A stretch of DNA of 64,000 nt from Providencia sp. (GCF_040396775.1 NZ_JBEBNT010000019.1:7880-71879), one strand, 5' to 3'; counted from the first letter of the stretch, positions 27,155 through 38,700 are shown. Made by a program: numbers and translations. The notes: a model not told the origin generated them from the sequence alone.

Positions 27155-28420
27155 ATGACGGAACAAGACAAAATTACCGATACTGTTAATGATGAAGTGG
27201 TCACCGAGAAGCAAAAATCTCGCCAGCCTGCACCTTCATCCAAGCAGAAACGCTCTGGTCTTGCAGTCAGTGCGATTGCTATCGCAATCCTCGTCGTCAT
27301 GGGCGGCGGGATGTACTACTTTACTCAACAAAGCAATGCGCAATTAGTTCATGATAACAATCAACTGAAACAGCAAGTTAGTGAGCTAGTTGAGCAACAA
27401 AATGCCGATAGACAACGTGTTGATGCGCTCATTGCCAACAATACCGAACTGAAAAACCATGCTCGTGATTACGAAGATCAACTCAATCGTCGCATGCAAG
27501 AATTACAAGCCCATGTCACCGCACTTTCCAGCTCTGATGTAAAAAATTGGCTGATCGCACAAGCTGATTTTATGGTGAAAATGGCAGGTCGAAAATTATG
27601 GAATGACCATGACCCTGTTACAGCGGCGGTCCTCTTAAAAAGTGCGGATACCAGTCTGGCGGAAATGAATGATCCGAGCCTACTCGATATCCGTAAAGCC
27701 ATCGCTAATGATATGAATCGTTTAGCCGCTATCAATCAAATTGATTATGACGGTATTATTTTGCGCCTGAATCAGTTAAGTAATGACGTTGATAACTTAC
27801 GTCTTGCTGATTTAAATAATGGTGATGCGCCAGAAGAAACTGGAACAGATGTCAGTGAGGACATCGCTGACTGGAAAGATAACCTCGCGCGCAGCTGGAA
27901 AAGCTTCACGAGTGATTTCATCACCGTTCGTGCTCGTGATGGCTCTGAAGCCCCACTATTAGCGCCGAATCAAGATATCTATCTACGCGAGAATATCCGT
28001 TCCCAACTGCTTATTGCGGCACAAGCAGTACCTCGTTATCAAGAAGAGACCTATAAACAGTCCCTTGAGCAAGCCTCAACATGGGTGCGGGCGTATTTTG
28101 ACGTGGATGATCCAGCAACTAAGGCATTTTTGACTGAGCTGGATGATTTAATCAATCAACCTATCGACGCAGATATGCCAGAAGCCTTAGAAAGCCAAGC
28201 TAAGCTGGAAAAAGTGATGCAAACGCGAGTACGTAATTTGTTATCTCAAAATCCAGAACCAACTGGTGTTTCCGAAGATGCCGCGCTTGAGGCGGTAAAA
28301 GAATCTGACAAAGCCGCCCAAGAGGCAACGGCTCCTGCGGATACGCAAACCAACAAACCGGACGTTGCCGTCGAAGCTCCTGTAACGGGTGCGGCAAACG
28401 CCCCTGAGCATAAGGGGTGA
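27155..28420 (+). CDS. hemX: HemX membrane protein
   Basis: 421 aa with one N-terminal TM segment, a coiled-coil region and an acidic tail. Position in the hem operon is conserved. Confidence 0.85.
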   Translation: MTEQDKITDTVNDEVVTEKQKSRQPAPSSKQKRSGLAVSAIAIAILVVMGGGMYYFTQQSNAQLVHDNNQLKQQVSELVEQQNADRQRVDALIANNTELKNHARDYEDQLNRRMQELQAHVTALSSSDVKNWLIAQADFMVKMAGRKLWNDHDPVTAAVLLKSADTSLAEMNDPSLLDIRKAIANDMNRLAAINQIDYDGIILRLNQLSNDVDNLRLADLNNGDAPEETGTDVSEDIADWKDNLARSWKSFTSDFITVRARDGSEAPLLAPNQDIYLRENIRSQLLIAAQAVPRYQEETYKQSLEQASTWVRAYFDVDDPATKAFLTELDDLINQPIDADMPEALESQAKLEKVMQTRVRNLLSQNPEPTGVSEDAALEAVKESDKAAQEATAPADTQTNKPDVAVEAPVTGAANAPEHKG

Positions 28421-29616
28421 TCATGATTAAAGTCTTTGTTCTGTTTATCGTTTTGATTGCTGGCATTATTTTGGGTCCCCTGCTCGCTGGGCACCAAGGT
28501 TATGTATTTATCCGTACCGATAGCTACGATATTACGACCAGCGTCACTAGCCTTGTGTTGTGCTTTATCTTGCTGCAATTTGTATTGTTATTCTTAGGCT
28601 GGTGTTACCGCCGTTTTATGAGTACCACCTCACGGACAAAGGGTTGGTTTACGGGTCACAAATACCACAAAGCCCATACCCAAACCCAGAAAGCCTTGCT
28701 CAAATTAGCGGAAGGGGATTTAGAACAAGTTGAGAAGTTGATGAGTAAACATGCTGATTTCTCGCAGCAACCCGTCATTAACTACTTGATGGCAGCAGAA
28801 GCAGCGCAACAACGTGGTGATAGCTACCGTACTCATCAATATTTAGACAGAGCCGCCGAAGCCGCAGGAAAAAACCAACTCCCTGTCGATATTAGCCGCG
28901 TTCGAATTCAGCTAGCAGAAGGTGAAATTCATGCTGCGCGTAATGGAATCGATAAATTACTCGACCAAGCACCACGCCACCCTGAAATTTTACGCCTAGC
29001 AGAACAAGCTTACCTAGGTACTGGCGCATACCAAGCATTAATCGAGCTGCTGCCAATCATGGCGAAAGTTCAATTACATAGCGAAGATGAGCTTGAAGCC
29101 CTAAAACTCAAAGCTTACAAAGGGCTAATGAACCAGTGCATGGCTGAAGGTGGAAGTGATGGGCTAAAAACGTGGTGGAAAAACCAGCCTCGTAAAGTCC
29201 GCCATGAAGTCCCTCTACAATCATTCCTCGCTGAACATTTAATCGAGTGTGGGGATGCCCGTAGCGCAGAGAAAATGATTATTGAGGGATTAAAACAGCA
29301 ATATGATGAGCGTTTACTCCTCCTGATCCCAAAATTACACAGTGATCAGCCAGAAGCTATTGAGAAAACGTTACTAAGCCTTGTAAAACAGTCTGGCGCA
29401 ACGCCATTACTAAATAGTACATTGGGCATCCTTGCACTACAGCATGCCCAATGGGAAAAAGCAGAAACCTACTTTAAAGCTGCATTAGCACAGCGTTTCG
29501 ATGCCTATGATGCAGCTTGGTTAGCGGACGCTTATGATAAGCTACATAAACCGCATGAAGCGGCGAAGATTCGCCAAGAAGCGCTAACGCACTCTCTGAA
29601 ACAAGAGCGAACATAG
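28417..29616 (+). CDS. hemY: HemY (TPR-containing inner-membrane protein)
   Basis: 399 aa with two N-terminal TM segments followed by TPR-like repeats. Overlaps the hemX stop. Confidence 0.88.
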   Translation: MIMIKVFVLFIVLIAGIILGPLLAGHQGYVFIRTDSYDITTSVTSLVLCFILLQFVLLFLGWCYRRFMSTTSRTKGWFTGHKYHKAHTQTQKALLKLAEGDLEQVEKLMSKHADFSQQPVINYLMAAEAAQQRGDSYRTHQYLDRAAEAAGKNQLPVDISRVRIQLAEGEIHAARNGIDKLLDQAPRHPEILRLAEQAYLGTGAYQALIELLPIMAKVQLHSEDELEALKLKAYKGLMNQCMAEGGSDGLKTWWKNQPRKVRHEVPLQSFLAEHLIECGDARSAEKMIIEGLKQQYDERLLLLIPKLHSDQPEAIEKTLLSLVKQSGATPLLNSTLGILALQHAQWEKAETYFKAALAQRFDAYDAAWLADAYDKLHKPHEAAKIRQEALTHSLKQERT

Positions 29617-29644
29617 TCTTAAATTTCTACGCATACCTATTTAA

Positions 29645-29674
29645 AAACGCCTCCTAATCCGAGGCGTTTTTTTG
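29645..29674 (+). terminator. rho-independent terminator of the hem operon
   Basis: Stem aaacgcctc/gaggcgttt followed by TTTTTGTG. Confidence 0.8.
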
Positions 29675-29826
29675 TGATTAAAATCGAGTCATCTTTAAAA
29701 GATAATCGTTCTAGGCGTCATTTTTAGGCAATCGAGGTAAACCGCATATTGCTATGTTATAAAAGAGACACATAGTGTATAAATGGTCGTATACATTTTC
29801 GTTTTGAATGGTTTTAGGATAAAGAT

Positions 29827-30057
29827 ATGAATGTAGTGAAAACTCTCTGGCGTTGGATTGTAGCGAGTCAAAATCGTTTACAGATCTTTTTTGACCTGCT
29901 ACTTCTGATTTTATCTCCATTTATTTTTATTTCGATCATTGGATTCAATACCGCCGATCTGAATAAAGATATCTTTATTATTACCTTTATTATTATTGCC
30001 TACACATATGTAACTCGCTGGATCAGCAAGTGGTTAAGCAAAGAGAAAAAAGCGTAA
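29827..30057 (+). CDS. hypothetical small membrane protein (76 aa, two predicted TM helices)
   Basis: AGGA lies 9 nt before the ATG. Two hydrophobic stretches and a basic C-terminus (KWLSKEKKA). AT-rich, no recognised family. Confidence 0.4.
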   Translation: MNVVKTLWRWIVASQNRLQIFFDLLLLILSPFIFISIIGFNTADLNKDIFIITFIIIAYTYVTRWISKWLSKEKKA

Positions 30058-30127
30058 GTACGATAATGACTTTTCTTTCCTAATGCTAATCAGGTTAGGA
30101 AAGAAAATAAAAACGCAGATTAATACC

Positions 30128-30330
30128 AAAAAAAACACCTGCCGAAGCAGGTGTAAATACAATCAGGTCTACAGACGGATGGTGCCTCACTCAACGTTTC
30201 GCCCGTTCGTTGATGGTAAGAGGATGAGCTCTTGATCATCTAAGTTGGACAATAGGCACCGATAATCGGCTTTGCGTCATCTCTGGGTTTATGAAGCATT
30301 GCTATCATAAGAAGTGAGATGAGCATCTAC
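30128..30330 (-). ncRNA. glmZ: GlmZ (SraJ/RyiA) small RNA
   Basis: The minus strand reads GTAGATGCTCAT...CATAAAC...ATGACGCAAAGCCG...ACGTTGAGTGAGGCACC...CAGACCTG and ends in hairpin acacctgc-ttcg-gcaggtgt plus T8. It is collinear with remembered E. coli GlmZ and sits next to hemY as in E. coli. Confidence 0.85.
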
Positions 30331-30341
30331 ATATTTAATAA

Positions 30342-30357
30342 TGCAGGATGCGTGCCA
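30342..30357 (-). promoter_or_regulatory. sigma-54 (-24/-12) promoter of glmZ
   Basis: TGGCACG-catc-CTGCA against the TGGCACG-N4-TTGCW consensus. The GC element lies 12-13 nt before the GlmZ 5' end. Confidence 0.75.
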
Positions 30358-30503
30358 ACTTTTCCTATCCTCCTACTTTTTCCATTACCTTCCTAATTTT
30401 TCCGTATCACCTCGGTTTTTCTCGTTATTTTGCATCGGCTCAATTCACCCACTGCGCTCACGGCACGTTATGGGCTATGCCCCATTATTAAGGTAGATTT
30501 TCT

Positions 30504-30521
30504 TGTCTCAATTTAGAGACA
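30504..30521. promoter_or_regulatory. GlrR (QseF) enhancer box 1
   Basis: TGTC-tcaatttaga-GACA is an exact TGTC-N10-GACA. It lies about 165 bp upstream of the sigma-54 promoter. Confidence 0.7.
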
Positions 30522-30566
30522 TCTTAATGCAGTTAAAAATTTACTCTTATAAATCAATGAGTAAAA

Positions 30567-30584
30567 TGTCTCTTTTTGGAGACA
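30567..30584. promoter_or_regulatory. GlrR (QseF) enhancer box 2
   Basis: TGTC-tctttttgga-GACA is an exact TGTC-N10-GACA. It lies about 63 bp from box 1. Confidence 0.7.
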
Positions 30585-30705
30585 TTAAAATGTGGGTTTG
30601 TATAAAAACCACGACACTTATTTTTTATATAAAAAACAATATATTAGAGACCATGATTTAATATGAAAAATTCAATGGTGACCGAGACCCAAAAGGAGCA
30701 GAAGA

Positions 30706-30725
30706 GGAGAGGAGAGGAGAGGAGA
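30706..30725. repeat. pentanucleotide microsatellite (GGAGA)x4
   Basis: Four perfect tandem GGAGA units, preceded by a degenerate gaaga unit. Confidence 0.9.
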
Positions 30726-30783
30726 TTTAGAAAATAGCAAGCAGACTCGTTCAGCAGTAAGTATGAAAAATAAATATTACTAA

Positions 30784-30812
30784 ATGCAAAAACCCCGCTA
30801 TTAAGCGGGGTT
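30784..30812 (-). terminator. terminator of the tRNA operon
   Basis: Stem aaccccgc/gcggggtt. On the minus strand it is followed by TTTTTGCA, 9 nt after the tRNA-Pro 3' end. Confidence 0.8.
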
Positions 30813-30820
30813 CTTTAAAT

Positions 30821-30897
30821 TGGTCGGCGAGAGAGGATTCGAACCTCCGACCCACTGGTCCCAAACCAGTTGCGCTACCAAGCTGCGCTACTCGCCG
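30821..30897 (-). tRNA. proM: tRNA-Pro (UGG)
   Basis: 77 nt. Reverse complement reads CGGCGAGTAGCGCAGCTTGGTAGCGCAACTGGTTTGGGACCAGT...CGCCGACCA. Anticodon loop is TTTGGGA. Confidence 0.95.
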
Positions 30898-30927
30898 AAA
30901 TGTACTGCTTCACATCAATTTTTTTCG

Positions 30928-31013
30928 TGGTGCGAAAGGGGGGACTTGAACCCCCACGTCCATAGGACACTAACACCTGAAGCTAGCGCGTCTACCAATT
31001 CCGCCACCCTCGC
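30928..31013 (-). tRNA. leuT: tRNA-Leu (CAG)
   Basis: 86 nt with a long variable arm. Reverse complement reads GCGAGGGTGGCGGAATTGGTAGACGCGCTAGCTTCAGGTGTTAGT...CGCACCA. Confidence 0.95.
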
Positions 31014-31029
31014 AATGTCACAAAAAAAA

Positions 31030-31106
31030 TGGGGTGGCTAATGGGACTCGAACCCACGACAACTGGAATCACAATCCAGGGCTCTACCAACTGAGCTATA
31101 GCCACC
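31030..31106 (-). tRNA. hisR: tRNA-His (GUG)
   Basis: 77 nt including the extra 5' G. Reverse complement reads GGTGGCTATAGCTCAGTTGGTAGAGCCCTGGATTGTGATTCCAG...CCACCCCA. Confidence 0.95.
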
Positions 31107-31184
31107 ATAACTTCACTTTTTTCAAAGCGTTGCTATCATACTACATACAACGTCATTTTGCCAACCGTAGCGACGCGCTAAAAC

Positions 31185-31261
<77 letters not shown>

Positions 31262-31282
31262 TTAACGCCGTTGCGGGAGAGG

Positions 31283-31311
31283 ATAGTACGGATTTATCTA
31301 CCCGCTGTCTA
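31283..31311 (-). promoter_or_regulatory. candidate promoter of the argX-hisR-leuT-proM operon
   Basis: Minus-strand TAGACA, a 17-nt spacer, then TACTAT, followed by a GC-rich discriminator (cctctcccgc). An A/T-rich UP-like tract lies upstream. Confidence 0.5.
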
Positions 31312-31428
31312 GTCCTTTTTGAAATAAAAATATCGATTGCTTGCCTTTTATCCATTTCGTCGAGAAAGAGAGCATTTTTGCCCTCTTTTTCGCTCGGCGC
31401 ACATAAAATTGCCGAGAAAATATCTTCC

Positions 31429-32805
31429 CTAGGCTTTTTTACTGCGGCCGTTTAACGCCTGAATTAGAAAATAAAGCAAAGAAACCGCCCCTAAAAAGAG
31501 TGCACCGACAATTAATGACATCCGCGTATCTGGGTTTATTGCCATGCCCACGAGTACACAGGCCAAAAAGAGTAACGTGGCATAGTTGACCCACGGAAAT
31601 AAAATTGATTTAAACGGGTGTCCCACTAATTTTTCTTTATTTTGCTGGCGAAAACGAATTTGGCTAGTGAGCAAAACTAACCATGGCACCATCCCTGGTA
31701 AGACGCTTGCACTGTACACGTACACAAACACTTTTTCTGGATTCGGGATGATGTAATTCAAGCTAGAACCTGCCACGAGGCACAATATCGTAAAACCAAC
31801 ACAGCGTGCGGGAACGCCATTTTTCGTGAGTTTCAGTAACCCACTCGGGAGCTGCTTATTTTGCGCTAACGCGTACAGCATGCGGCCGCCACTGTACATG
31901 CCACTATTACACCCAGACAGCGCCGCAGTAAGCACCACAAAGTTAATCACGGCTGCCGCAGAGACAATCCCCACTTTAGCAAAGGTTAACACAAACGGGC
32001 TCCCTTGCTGCCCGACCTCAGTCCACGGAAATAAGGTAACAACAATAAAAATCGCACCTACGTAGAAAATCAAAATACGCCATAAAATGTTATTAATGGC
32101 TTTTTTCAGCGTCACTTGCGGGTTTTTCGCTTCTCCAGCCGTGATCCCAACTAACTCAACACCTTGATAGGAAGCCACAACGATACACAGTGCAAATAAG
32201 AAGCCTTTCCAGCCCCCCGCAAAGAAGCCACCATGTTCCGTCAGGTTACCTAGGCCAATCGGCTCAAAGTTATTTCCAAGGCCGAAAAAGATTAAACCTA
32301 AACCAATCAGGATCATGACCACGATGGTGGTAACTTTAATCATCGCAAACCAAAACTCTAGCTCACCATACAAGCGAACGGCAGCAAGGTTGGCCAATGC
32401 GACTAAAACCACAGCGACTATGGCAAATACCCACTGAGGCACATCTGGGAACCAATATTCGGCGTAAACACCGATGGCGGTAATTTCGGAGATCCCAACC
32501 GCTACCCACATAAACCAGTAACCCCATGCAGTGAGGCATCCCCAAAATGGGCTCAGATACTTATAACCGAAAGAGGCAAACGACCCCGTGACAGGTTCAA
32601 GAAACAGCATCTCCCCCATGGAACGCATGATGAAGAACACAAAAATACCCGCAATAATGTACGCCAGCAGCACGGAAGGCCCTGCCCATTTTAACGTACT
32701 GGCTGAGCCCATAAATAGCCCAACACCAATTGTTCCTCCTAGCGCAATAAGCTCAATATGCCGAGCTTCTAACCCGCGCTGAAGTCCCTGTTGTGGATTC
32801 CCCAT
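31429..32805 (-). CDS. yifK: APC-family amino acid transporter YifK
   Basis: Near-collinear with E. coli YifK ([26 protein letters not shown]...). The ATG at 32805 follows AGGGGT by 5 nt. The track ORF extends to 32823. Confidence 0.93.
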   Translation of the reverse strand: MGNPQQGLQRGLEARHIELIALGGTIGVGLFMGSASTLKWAGPSVLLAYIIAGIFVFFIMRSMGEMLFLEPVTGSFASFGYKYLSPFWGCLTAWGYWFMWVAVGISEITAIGVYAEYWFPDVPQWVFAIVAVVLVALANLAAVRLYGELEFWFAMIKVTTIVVMILIGLGLIFFGLGNNFEPIGLGNLTEHGGFFAGGWKGFLFALCIVVASYQGVELVGITAGEAKNPQVTLKKAINNILWRILIFYVGAIFIVVTLFPWTEVGQQGSPFVLTFAKVGIVSAAAVINFVVLTAALSGCNSGMYSGGRMLYALAQNKQLPSGLLKLTKNGVPARCVGFTILCLVAGSSLNYIIPNPEKVFVYVYSASVLPGMVPWLVLLTSQIRFRQQNKEKLVGHPFKSILFPWVNYATLLFLACVLVGMAINPDTRMSLIVGALFLGAVSLLYFLIQALNGRSKKA

Positions 32806-33055
32806 AAATACCCCTGTCATCAATTATTATCGTTAAATCACAGCGTGAATTGGAACGGAATTAGTCATAACCACTGTAATTTATTAAAAACAGCCGACTC
32901 GCCGACTGAAAAGCATGTCATAGACCCAAATTAGAGAGAAAAACCATGATCTACATTTATTTTTGATGAATTATAGAAATATTTGAGGAAAGAGACCAGC
33001 GAATACGCAGTTGAATAATTCTGCAATCCGTATGGAAGGTAAATAACGTGATAAG

Positions 33056-33098
33056 CAAACAAAAATAAAGCGGGAAAAGTTAACCTTTATCCCGCTTT
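33056..33098 (-). terminator. terminator of the wec operon
   Basis: Stem aaagcggga/tcccgcttt. On the minus strand it is followed by ATTTTTGTTTG. Confidence 0.7.
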
Positions 33099-33126
33099 AT
33101 TCGTCAGCCATTGCTTGGAAGCAAAC

Positions 33127-33879
33127 TTATAGCTTACCACCGTAGTAATAGCCTAAAAACTTCAGTAACTTAAACTGACGAGTGATACGTGAAGGTTGGG
33201 ATAACAAGCGATACAGCCATTCTAACCCTAAGTTTTGCCACACTTTTGGAGCGCGCTTCACATGGCCTGTAAAAACATCGTAAGTTCCGCCAACGCCCAT
33301 ATACAGCGCGTCTGGATGAACAACACGGCAATCACGCATAAAAAGTTCTTGTTTTGGTGACCCCATGGCAACAGTGACAATTTTAGCACCGCTTGCATGA
33401 ATGCGTTCAAATAAAGCGCCGCGGTCTTCTGCGGTAAAATAGCCATTTTGCGAGCCAACAATGTTCACATTCCACTGAGCGCGCAGTTTACTTTCGGTTT
33501 GTTCAAGAATTTCAGGCTTACCACCAACCAAGAACACAGGCGTACCTTCACGCCCTGCTCTTTCCATCAGCCCTTCCCATAAATCTGCACCTGCAACGCG
33601 GGAAACCTGAGCTTCTGGGTACTTACGGCGGATTGCACGCACAATGCTGATCCCGTCGGCATATAGATATTCTGCTTGACCTAATAAGGTATTTAGCGCG
33701 GCGTCTTTTTCCGCAATCATCACTTTTTCCGCATTAATCGCGACCAAAGTTCCCGTTTTGGTTTCGCCCTTCGCAAACAAATAATCCAAAAAATGGGCCA
33801 TATCTTTAAAGCCCCAAATATTATGTCCACGAATCGAATACTGAGGAACAGATGAAGATTGAATTGATGACGGTTCCAT
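33127..33879 (-). CDS. wecG: UDP-ManNAcA transferase (ECA lipid II synthesis)
   Basis: 250-aa WecG/TagA-family protein. It is the last gene of the ECA cluster, as in E. coli (rffM). Confidence 0.9.
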   Translation of the reverse strand: MEPSSIQSSSVPQYSIRGHNIWGFKDMAHFLDYLFAKGETKTGTLVAINAEKVMIAEKDAALNTLLGQAEYLYADGISIVRAIRRKYPEAQVSRVAGADLWEGLMERAGREGTPVFLVGGKPEILEQTESKLRAQWNVNIVGSQNGYFTAEDRGALFERIHASGAKIVTVAMGSPKQELFMRDCRVVHPDALYMGVGGTYDVFTGHVKRAPKVWQNLGLEWLYRLLSQPSRITRQFKLLKFLGYYYGGKL

Positions 33880-33888
33880 GATGCTTCC

Positions 33889-35244
33889 TTAACGACTTTC
33901 ACGTTGTTGGCTTCTCAAGAAAGAAGCCGTTTTTGTGCGGATAAGCCCCGCACTTTCAAATAACCAATACAGGAGTTTTGCCAAAATCAGGCATAACCCG
34001 AAAATTAAGCAGAAAAAAACCACCCGCGAGACAAAAGAATCGACGCCTTCCCGCGCTAATACGATAATGTTGAAAATCGCACCGAAACAAAATGCCTGCA
34101 TAATTGCGGCTTTATAGCGGTTTGGCTCTTGCAAGCTCATACCATAGATCCAGTCAAACCACTTAATAATCAAGCCTACAGCGATTGCACCAAGCGGAAT
34201 GAAAATCACCCCGCCCATCACCACTAATGAGCCAATCAAGGTCGGGGAAATGGCTAAGCCAGAATGGTTATTCAACACTTCCCAAGTAAAATAGTTCGCT
34301 GAGTTCAGCACAGTATCTGGCCGCTCAGGCCACACCCACGACGGAATAAACACATAGAAATCACGAATGATCGGCGCAAGCCCTTGGAAATCCATCTCAT
34401 CATAATGACTGAGTAATAAGGCGAGATTTTCCCATGGTGAGAACGTATCTCGGGTCAGATACAAGAAGGTGTAATACGCCTCCGAACCGCTTACATCCAG
34501 CCCATAACGTTTTAATGCCAACCAGAACATCCCGACAATACTAGCGACGCCAGCCGCACCCAGCATCCATAGCGTAATCCAGCCTCTGACGATGCCGATA
34601 AATAAAAATAGTGCAAAAGCGATGATGATATTCGCGCGTGTTCCGCCCACGATAACGTAGGTTAAAAAACCAAAGGCTACAGTACTGATAAGGAAGAAAA
34701 TCCAGCGTTTTTGCGTTGGCCGTAGAAAATAGACAATCAACATGGCAGGGATAAAGAAGTAGAAAAACCGCTTCAATGCGACCCCTGATACTTGGCTGGA
34801 GAAAATTTGACTGTAGGATTTCAACTTAAACAGTAAAAAACCGTTCTGCATAAAGAAGATCCCCACCGTCACTACCGCGATAGCGATTAATAACATGCAA
34901 GTGAGGTTGGTTTCGACTTTATTCATGCTAAACAGCGCACGCCGTGAAGTATCCACTCGACGGGATAAGCGCGTTTTATAGGCTACATAGTAAATGGCAT
35001 AAAAACTGGTTGCCGCAAGCTGCGCATACAAAAGATAATCCGCTGTCACAACTGCCACATCAAACTGGAACACTAAGGCACAAGTGAGTGGAAAACCAAA
35101 ATAAAACGTCAATAAATACAACATTGAAAAGAAAATGTTGAAGTTAAAGCGAACACGTAAAAACTCTTTATACAGCAAGGTGCCAATAAAGATGATTGAT
35201 ATCAGGTAGACCAGCGCTAAGCCACCTAACTCCGTTAGCGTCAT
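33889..35244 (-). CDS. wzyE: ECA polymerase WzyE
   Basis: Polytopic membrane protein collinear with E. coli WzyE (RVRFNFN.FFS.L.LLTF.FGFPLT...). The ATG at 35244 overlaps the wecF stop (ATGA). The track ORF extends to 35280. Confidence 0.92.
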   Translation of the reverse strand: MTLTELGGLALVYLISIIFIGTLLYKEFLRVRFNFNIFFSMLYLLTFYFGFPLTCALVFQFDVAVVTADYLLYAQLAATSFYAIYYVAYKTRLSRRVDTSRRALFSMNKVETNLTCMLLIAIAVVTVGIFFMQNGFLLFKLKSYSQIFSSQVSGVALKRFFYFFIPAMLIVYFLRPTQKRWIFFLISTVAFGFLTYVIVGGTRANIIIAFALFLFIGIVRGWITLWMLGAAGVASIVGMFWLALKRYGLDVSGSEAYYTFLYLTRDTFSPWENLALLLSHYDEMDFQGLAPIIRDFYVFIPSWVWPERPDTVLNSANYFTWEVLNNHSGLAISPTLIGSLVVMGGVIFIPLGAIAVGLIIKWFDWIYGMSLQEPNRYKAAIMQAFCFGAIFNIIVLAREGVDSFVSRVVFFCLIFGLCLILAKLLYWLFESAGLIRTKTASFLRSQQRESR

Positions 35245-36323
35245 GCTCGCCCCTCCGCAACACTGAGGATAGCTTTCCAACCCTCAGTAAAGTTTGGAGC
35301 AAAAAATTCAATATTGGCTTTATCCAACAACGTCATTTGGCGCTGAGCTTCATCCACCAGCGAGGTTGTTAACTCATCACCATAGAAAAATACGGGCACA
35401 TTTTGCGCCGTTAAGTCCTGCCAAAACGTATTTTGGCGACTGATCACAAACGGAATACCGAATTGAATTAATAAGCAAACGGTACCAACCCCTTGCTGAC
35501 GGTTAAAGATAAAATAACCAAGATCACAGGTTTTCAACACGTTAAGGTAATCACTGAACGCCATACGCTCTTTGAGTATCTCGACCTGGCCCGCTGAAAA
35601 TGCGCTATTTGCCGCCTCTTCCACTTGTTGAATATAAACTTGATTGTTCGCTGGGTACCCCATTGGGATAATCACACGAGCCTTGTCACCAAACTGCTGT
35701 TTAATCGCCCCCAGAGCCTCTACATGACGATTAGAACGGTCGCCCGAGTTACCGAGCAGGATAGTCAGCTGCTCACCTTCACGTGGCTTACGTTCACTTA
35801 CCGTTAAAGCGGGGTCCATTCGTGTTGGGAAATACAGCACAGAAGCGGGGACTTTGGGATTCGACTGGTGGAAATAACATAAATCGCCCCGCGTGGCACA
35901 AACATGCCCCACCTTTTTTTGTGCCAAACGACGTAAAACATAGAACAACTTAAATTTCAGTGAACTAGACTCTTCATACAGGTCTGCCCCCCAAATATGC
36001 CACCAAAACTGGTGAGTCTTGATTTGGCCAAATAACAGTGCCAGCCAAATTGGTGCATTAAATTGCCCATGGAAGAAGAAACGGGTGCGTCGCTCTGCTT
36101 TTGCCCGTTTTATCACACTGTTTGCGATGGATTTTTTATTTGCAAAAACGTCAATTTCGAGCTGCGGATAAGCGTCAGCAAGCCCCGCATCATCGCTTAC
36201 GACCATAAAATGCGGTTTTTGTGACGGTGCCATTTCTTGGCTAATAACGTCATTAAAAAACGTTAAAACCGTCTGGTTATGATGTGGGAGGTTCGATCCC
36301 AGTACATGTATTAAGGTTGTCAT
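35241..36323 (-). CDS. wecF: TDP-Fuc4NAc:lipid II Fuc4NAc transferase
   Basis: 360 aa ([20 protein letters not shown]...). Position and length match E. coli WecF/RffT. Confidence 0.9.
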   Translation of the reverse strand: MTTLIHVLGSNLPHHNQTVLTFFNDVISQEMAPSQKPHFMVVSDDAGLADAYPQLEIDVFANKKSIANSVIKRAKAERRTRFFFHGQFNAPIWLALLFGQIKTHQFWWHIWGADLYEESSSLKFKLFYVLRRLAQKKVGHVCATRGDLCYFHQSNPKVPASVLYFPTRMDPALTVSERKPREGEQLTILLGNSGDRSNRHVEALGAIKQQFGDKARVIIPMGYPANNQVYIQQVEEAANSAFSAGQVEILKERMAFSDYLNVLKTCDLGYFIFNRQQGVGTVCLLIQFGIPFVISRQNTFWQDLTAQNVPVFFYGDELTTSLVDEAQRQMTLLDKANIEFFAPNFTEGWKAILSVAEGRA

Positions 36324-37570
36324 GCTCGCCTACGGTAAATCAAAAATACGCAACAACATAAAGTAAAGTATACGATATAAGTGGCCATATAGGCCTGTGT
36401 CGCACCAACCGCGCCATGCTCAGGGATAAGCCAGTGAGCAAACCCCATCAGCAACACAAATTGACTCAATTCTGTTAGGACATAAAAACGCAATGCGGCT
36501 TTGGCTATTACCAAATAACCAAACACATATGCACCAACTTTCAGTACGTCACCCACAAGCTGCCAAGCGAATAAGTCCCGCATTCCTGTAAATTTCTCAG
36601 AAAATAGCAGCCAAATGGCAAAATCACGCAGGAGCCACACCATAAAACTGGCGACAGCAACAGCAGGTAAGACAAATTTTAAGGCTTTAATAATTTCAGA
36701 TGAAATTTCGCTTTTATGCTGTAAACGGGAAAGTGTCGGCAATAAATACACCGAAAATGACGCAGTAATAAACTGCAAGTAAGCATCTGAAATTGTACTC
36801 ACCCCAGCCCATAACCCTACATCGTCCCAGCTATAACGCTCTGCTAATAGGTTTCGCATCATGATATAAGCGACAGGCAACGTCACCGACGTTAACAACG
36901 CCATGATGGTAAACTTACCCAAGTGCGTTGCAATGGCTTTATCCCAAGCGGGTTTCAGCATTGACAATGCAAATTGTTTGCGGCGAATAATCATCAAACC
37001 GGCGGGCAGGACAACCAAGGCTGGTACAAGCGCTAAGCCTGCAAGCGCGCCTTCATATCCCCCCAAGGTATAGCACAAATAATAGGCAACAACACCCACT
37101 AAGCTCCCTAAAATGATAGCTTGAGCGTTGCCTGATGCATCTCTATAACCTTTTAAGATAGCTAAGAAGTAGTTTGCGTATGCAATCCCCATCTGAATAA
37201 ATGCCACAGCATAAATCACAGAGGCATAATCAGGGCTATCAAACAATACCTGACTGATAGCGCCACTAAATAGCAAGAAAATAACGGCTAATAACGTTGA
37301 AAAGCCGAGAATTAGCGTTGATGATGTCCCTAAAACAGCACGAAGTTTGACTGGATCTTGATGGTGCTCTGCCACATATTTTGTGACACCATTGAAAATC
37401 CCCGCGCCAGATAACACACCAAGAACAGTGATCAATTGACGGAAATTCCCCGCCAACCCAACGCCACTCGGGCCAAATGCAATTGCCAGTAATTTAACGA
37501 TAAGCAGGCCAGCCCCGATTTTAATCAGGGTAGACCCAGCTGTCCAAACAGAGGCTTTAGCTAACGACAT
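36320..37570 (-). CDS. wzxE: ECA lipid III flippase WzxE
   Basis: 416 aa, about 12 TM segments, MOP/Wzx family. Conserved position. Confidence 0.9.
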   Translation of the reverse strand: MSLAKASVWTAGSTLIKIGAGLLIVKLLAIAFGPSGVGLAGNFRQLITVLGVLSGAGIFNGVTKYVAEHHQDPVKLRAVLGTSSTLILGFSTLLAVIFLLFSGAISQVLFDSPDYASVIYAVAFIQMGIAYANYFLAILKGYRDASGNAQAIILGSLVGVVAYYLCYTLGGYEGALAGLALVPALVVLPAGLMIIRRKQFALSMLKPAWDKAIATHLGKFTIMALLTSVTLPVAYIMMRNLLAERYSWDDVGLWAGVSTISDAYLQFITASFSVYLLPTLSRLQHKSEISSEIIKALKFVLPAVAVASFMVWLLRDFAIWLLFSEKFTGMRDLFAWQLVGDVLKVGAYVFGYLVIAKAALRFYVLTELSQFVLLMGFAHWLIPEHGAVGATQAYMATYIVYFTLCCCVFLIYRRRA

Positions 37571-38700
37571 TAGGCAAAGAACGCCTTAATGTGCTCGATA
37601 ACTGTTTGTTGTTCTGCATCTGTCATGTTGTAGAACATCGGCAGACGCACCAGACGGTCACTTTCTTTGGTGGTGTATTTGTCTTCACCATGGAAGCGGC
37701 CAAACTCAATTCCTGCCGGGCTTGTATGCAGTGCAACATAGTGGAATACGGTTAATACACCGTGGGATTTCATAAACTCATTGAATTCAGAGCGTTCTTC
37801 CACATCTTTCAATTTGATGTAGAACATGTGGGCATTCTGAACCAGGCCTTCAGGCACAGTCGCTAACACTAAACGGCCTGCATCCACCAGCGGTTGCAAT
37901 GCTTCGTAGTAACGTTTCCACAGCAGTAAACGGCGTTCGTTAATTTTGTCTGCTTCTTCCAGTTGAGCCCACAGGTATGCCGCTTGTAAGTCAGATAATA
38001 GATAGCTTGAACCAATGTCACGCCACGTGTATTTATCCACCTGCCCACGGAAGAACTGGGTACGGTTTGTGCCTTTTTCACGAATGACTTCAGCGCGGCT
38101 GATTAAGTCTTTATCGTTGATTAAGGTCGCACCACCTTCCCCACCAGAAGAGTAGTTTTTGGTTTCATGGAAGCTGTAGCAACCAATGTGGCCAATTGTT
38201 CCTAACGCCTTGCCTTTGTAGGTTGACATCACACCTTGGGCTGCATCTTCAATGACGAATAAATCATGTTTTTTGGCAATATCCATGATGGTGTCCATTT
38301 CACACGCAACACCTGCGTAGTGAACTGGCACAATCGCACGCGTGCGTTCGGTGATCGCCGCTTCGATTTTAGTTTCATCAATGTTCATGGTATCTGGGCG
38401 GATATCCACAAAAACAATTTTTGCACCGCGCAGAACAAATGCGTTTGAGGTTGATACAAAGGTAAAGCTTGGCATGATCACTTCATCGCCAGGCTTAATA
38501 TCAATCAGGATTGCCGCCATTTCTAATGATGCGGTGCAAGATGGCGTTAACTGTACTTTTGGGCAGTTAAAACGCGTTTCCATCCACTCTTCACAACGTT
38601 TAGTGAAGCCACCATCACCACACAGTTTGCCACTTTCCATGGCTTGTCTCATATACTCTAATTCAGTACCTACAACGGGTGGTTTATTAAATGGAATCAT
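37570..38700 (-). CDS. wecE: dTDP-4-amino-4,6-dideoxygalactose transaminase
   Basis: The ATG at 38700 gives [17 protein letters not shown]..., matching the E. coli WecE N-terminus (376 aa). DegT/DnrJ family. The track ORF extends to 38745. Confidence 0.93.
   Translation of the reverse strand: MIPFNKPPVVGTELEYMRQAMESGKLCGDGGFTKRCEEWMETRFNCPKVQLTPSCTASLEMAAILIDIKPGDEVIMPSFTFVSTSNAFVLRGAKIVFVDIRPDTMNIDETKIEAAITERTRAIVPVHYAGVACEMDTIMDIAKKHDLFVIEDAAQGVMSTYKGKALGTIGHIGCYSFHETKNYSSGGEGGATLINDKDLISRAEVIREKGTNRTQFFRGQVDKYTWRDIGSSYLLSDLQAAYLWAQLEEADKINERRLLLWKRYYEALQPLVDAGRLVLATVPEGLVQNAHMFYIKLKDVEERSEFNEFMKSHGVLTVFHYVALHTSPAGIEFGRFHGEDKYTTKESDRLVRLPMFYNMTDAEQQTVIEHIKAFFA

Noticed and set aside
29711-29920. 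69-aa minus-strand ORF overlapping the 76-aa small membrane protein ORF
   Set aside because: No SD, and it overlaps a more plausible plus-strand ORF. The composition is not protein-like.
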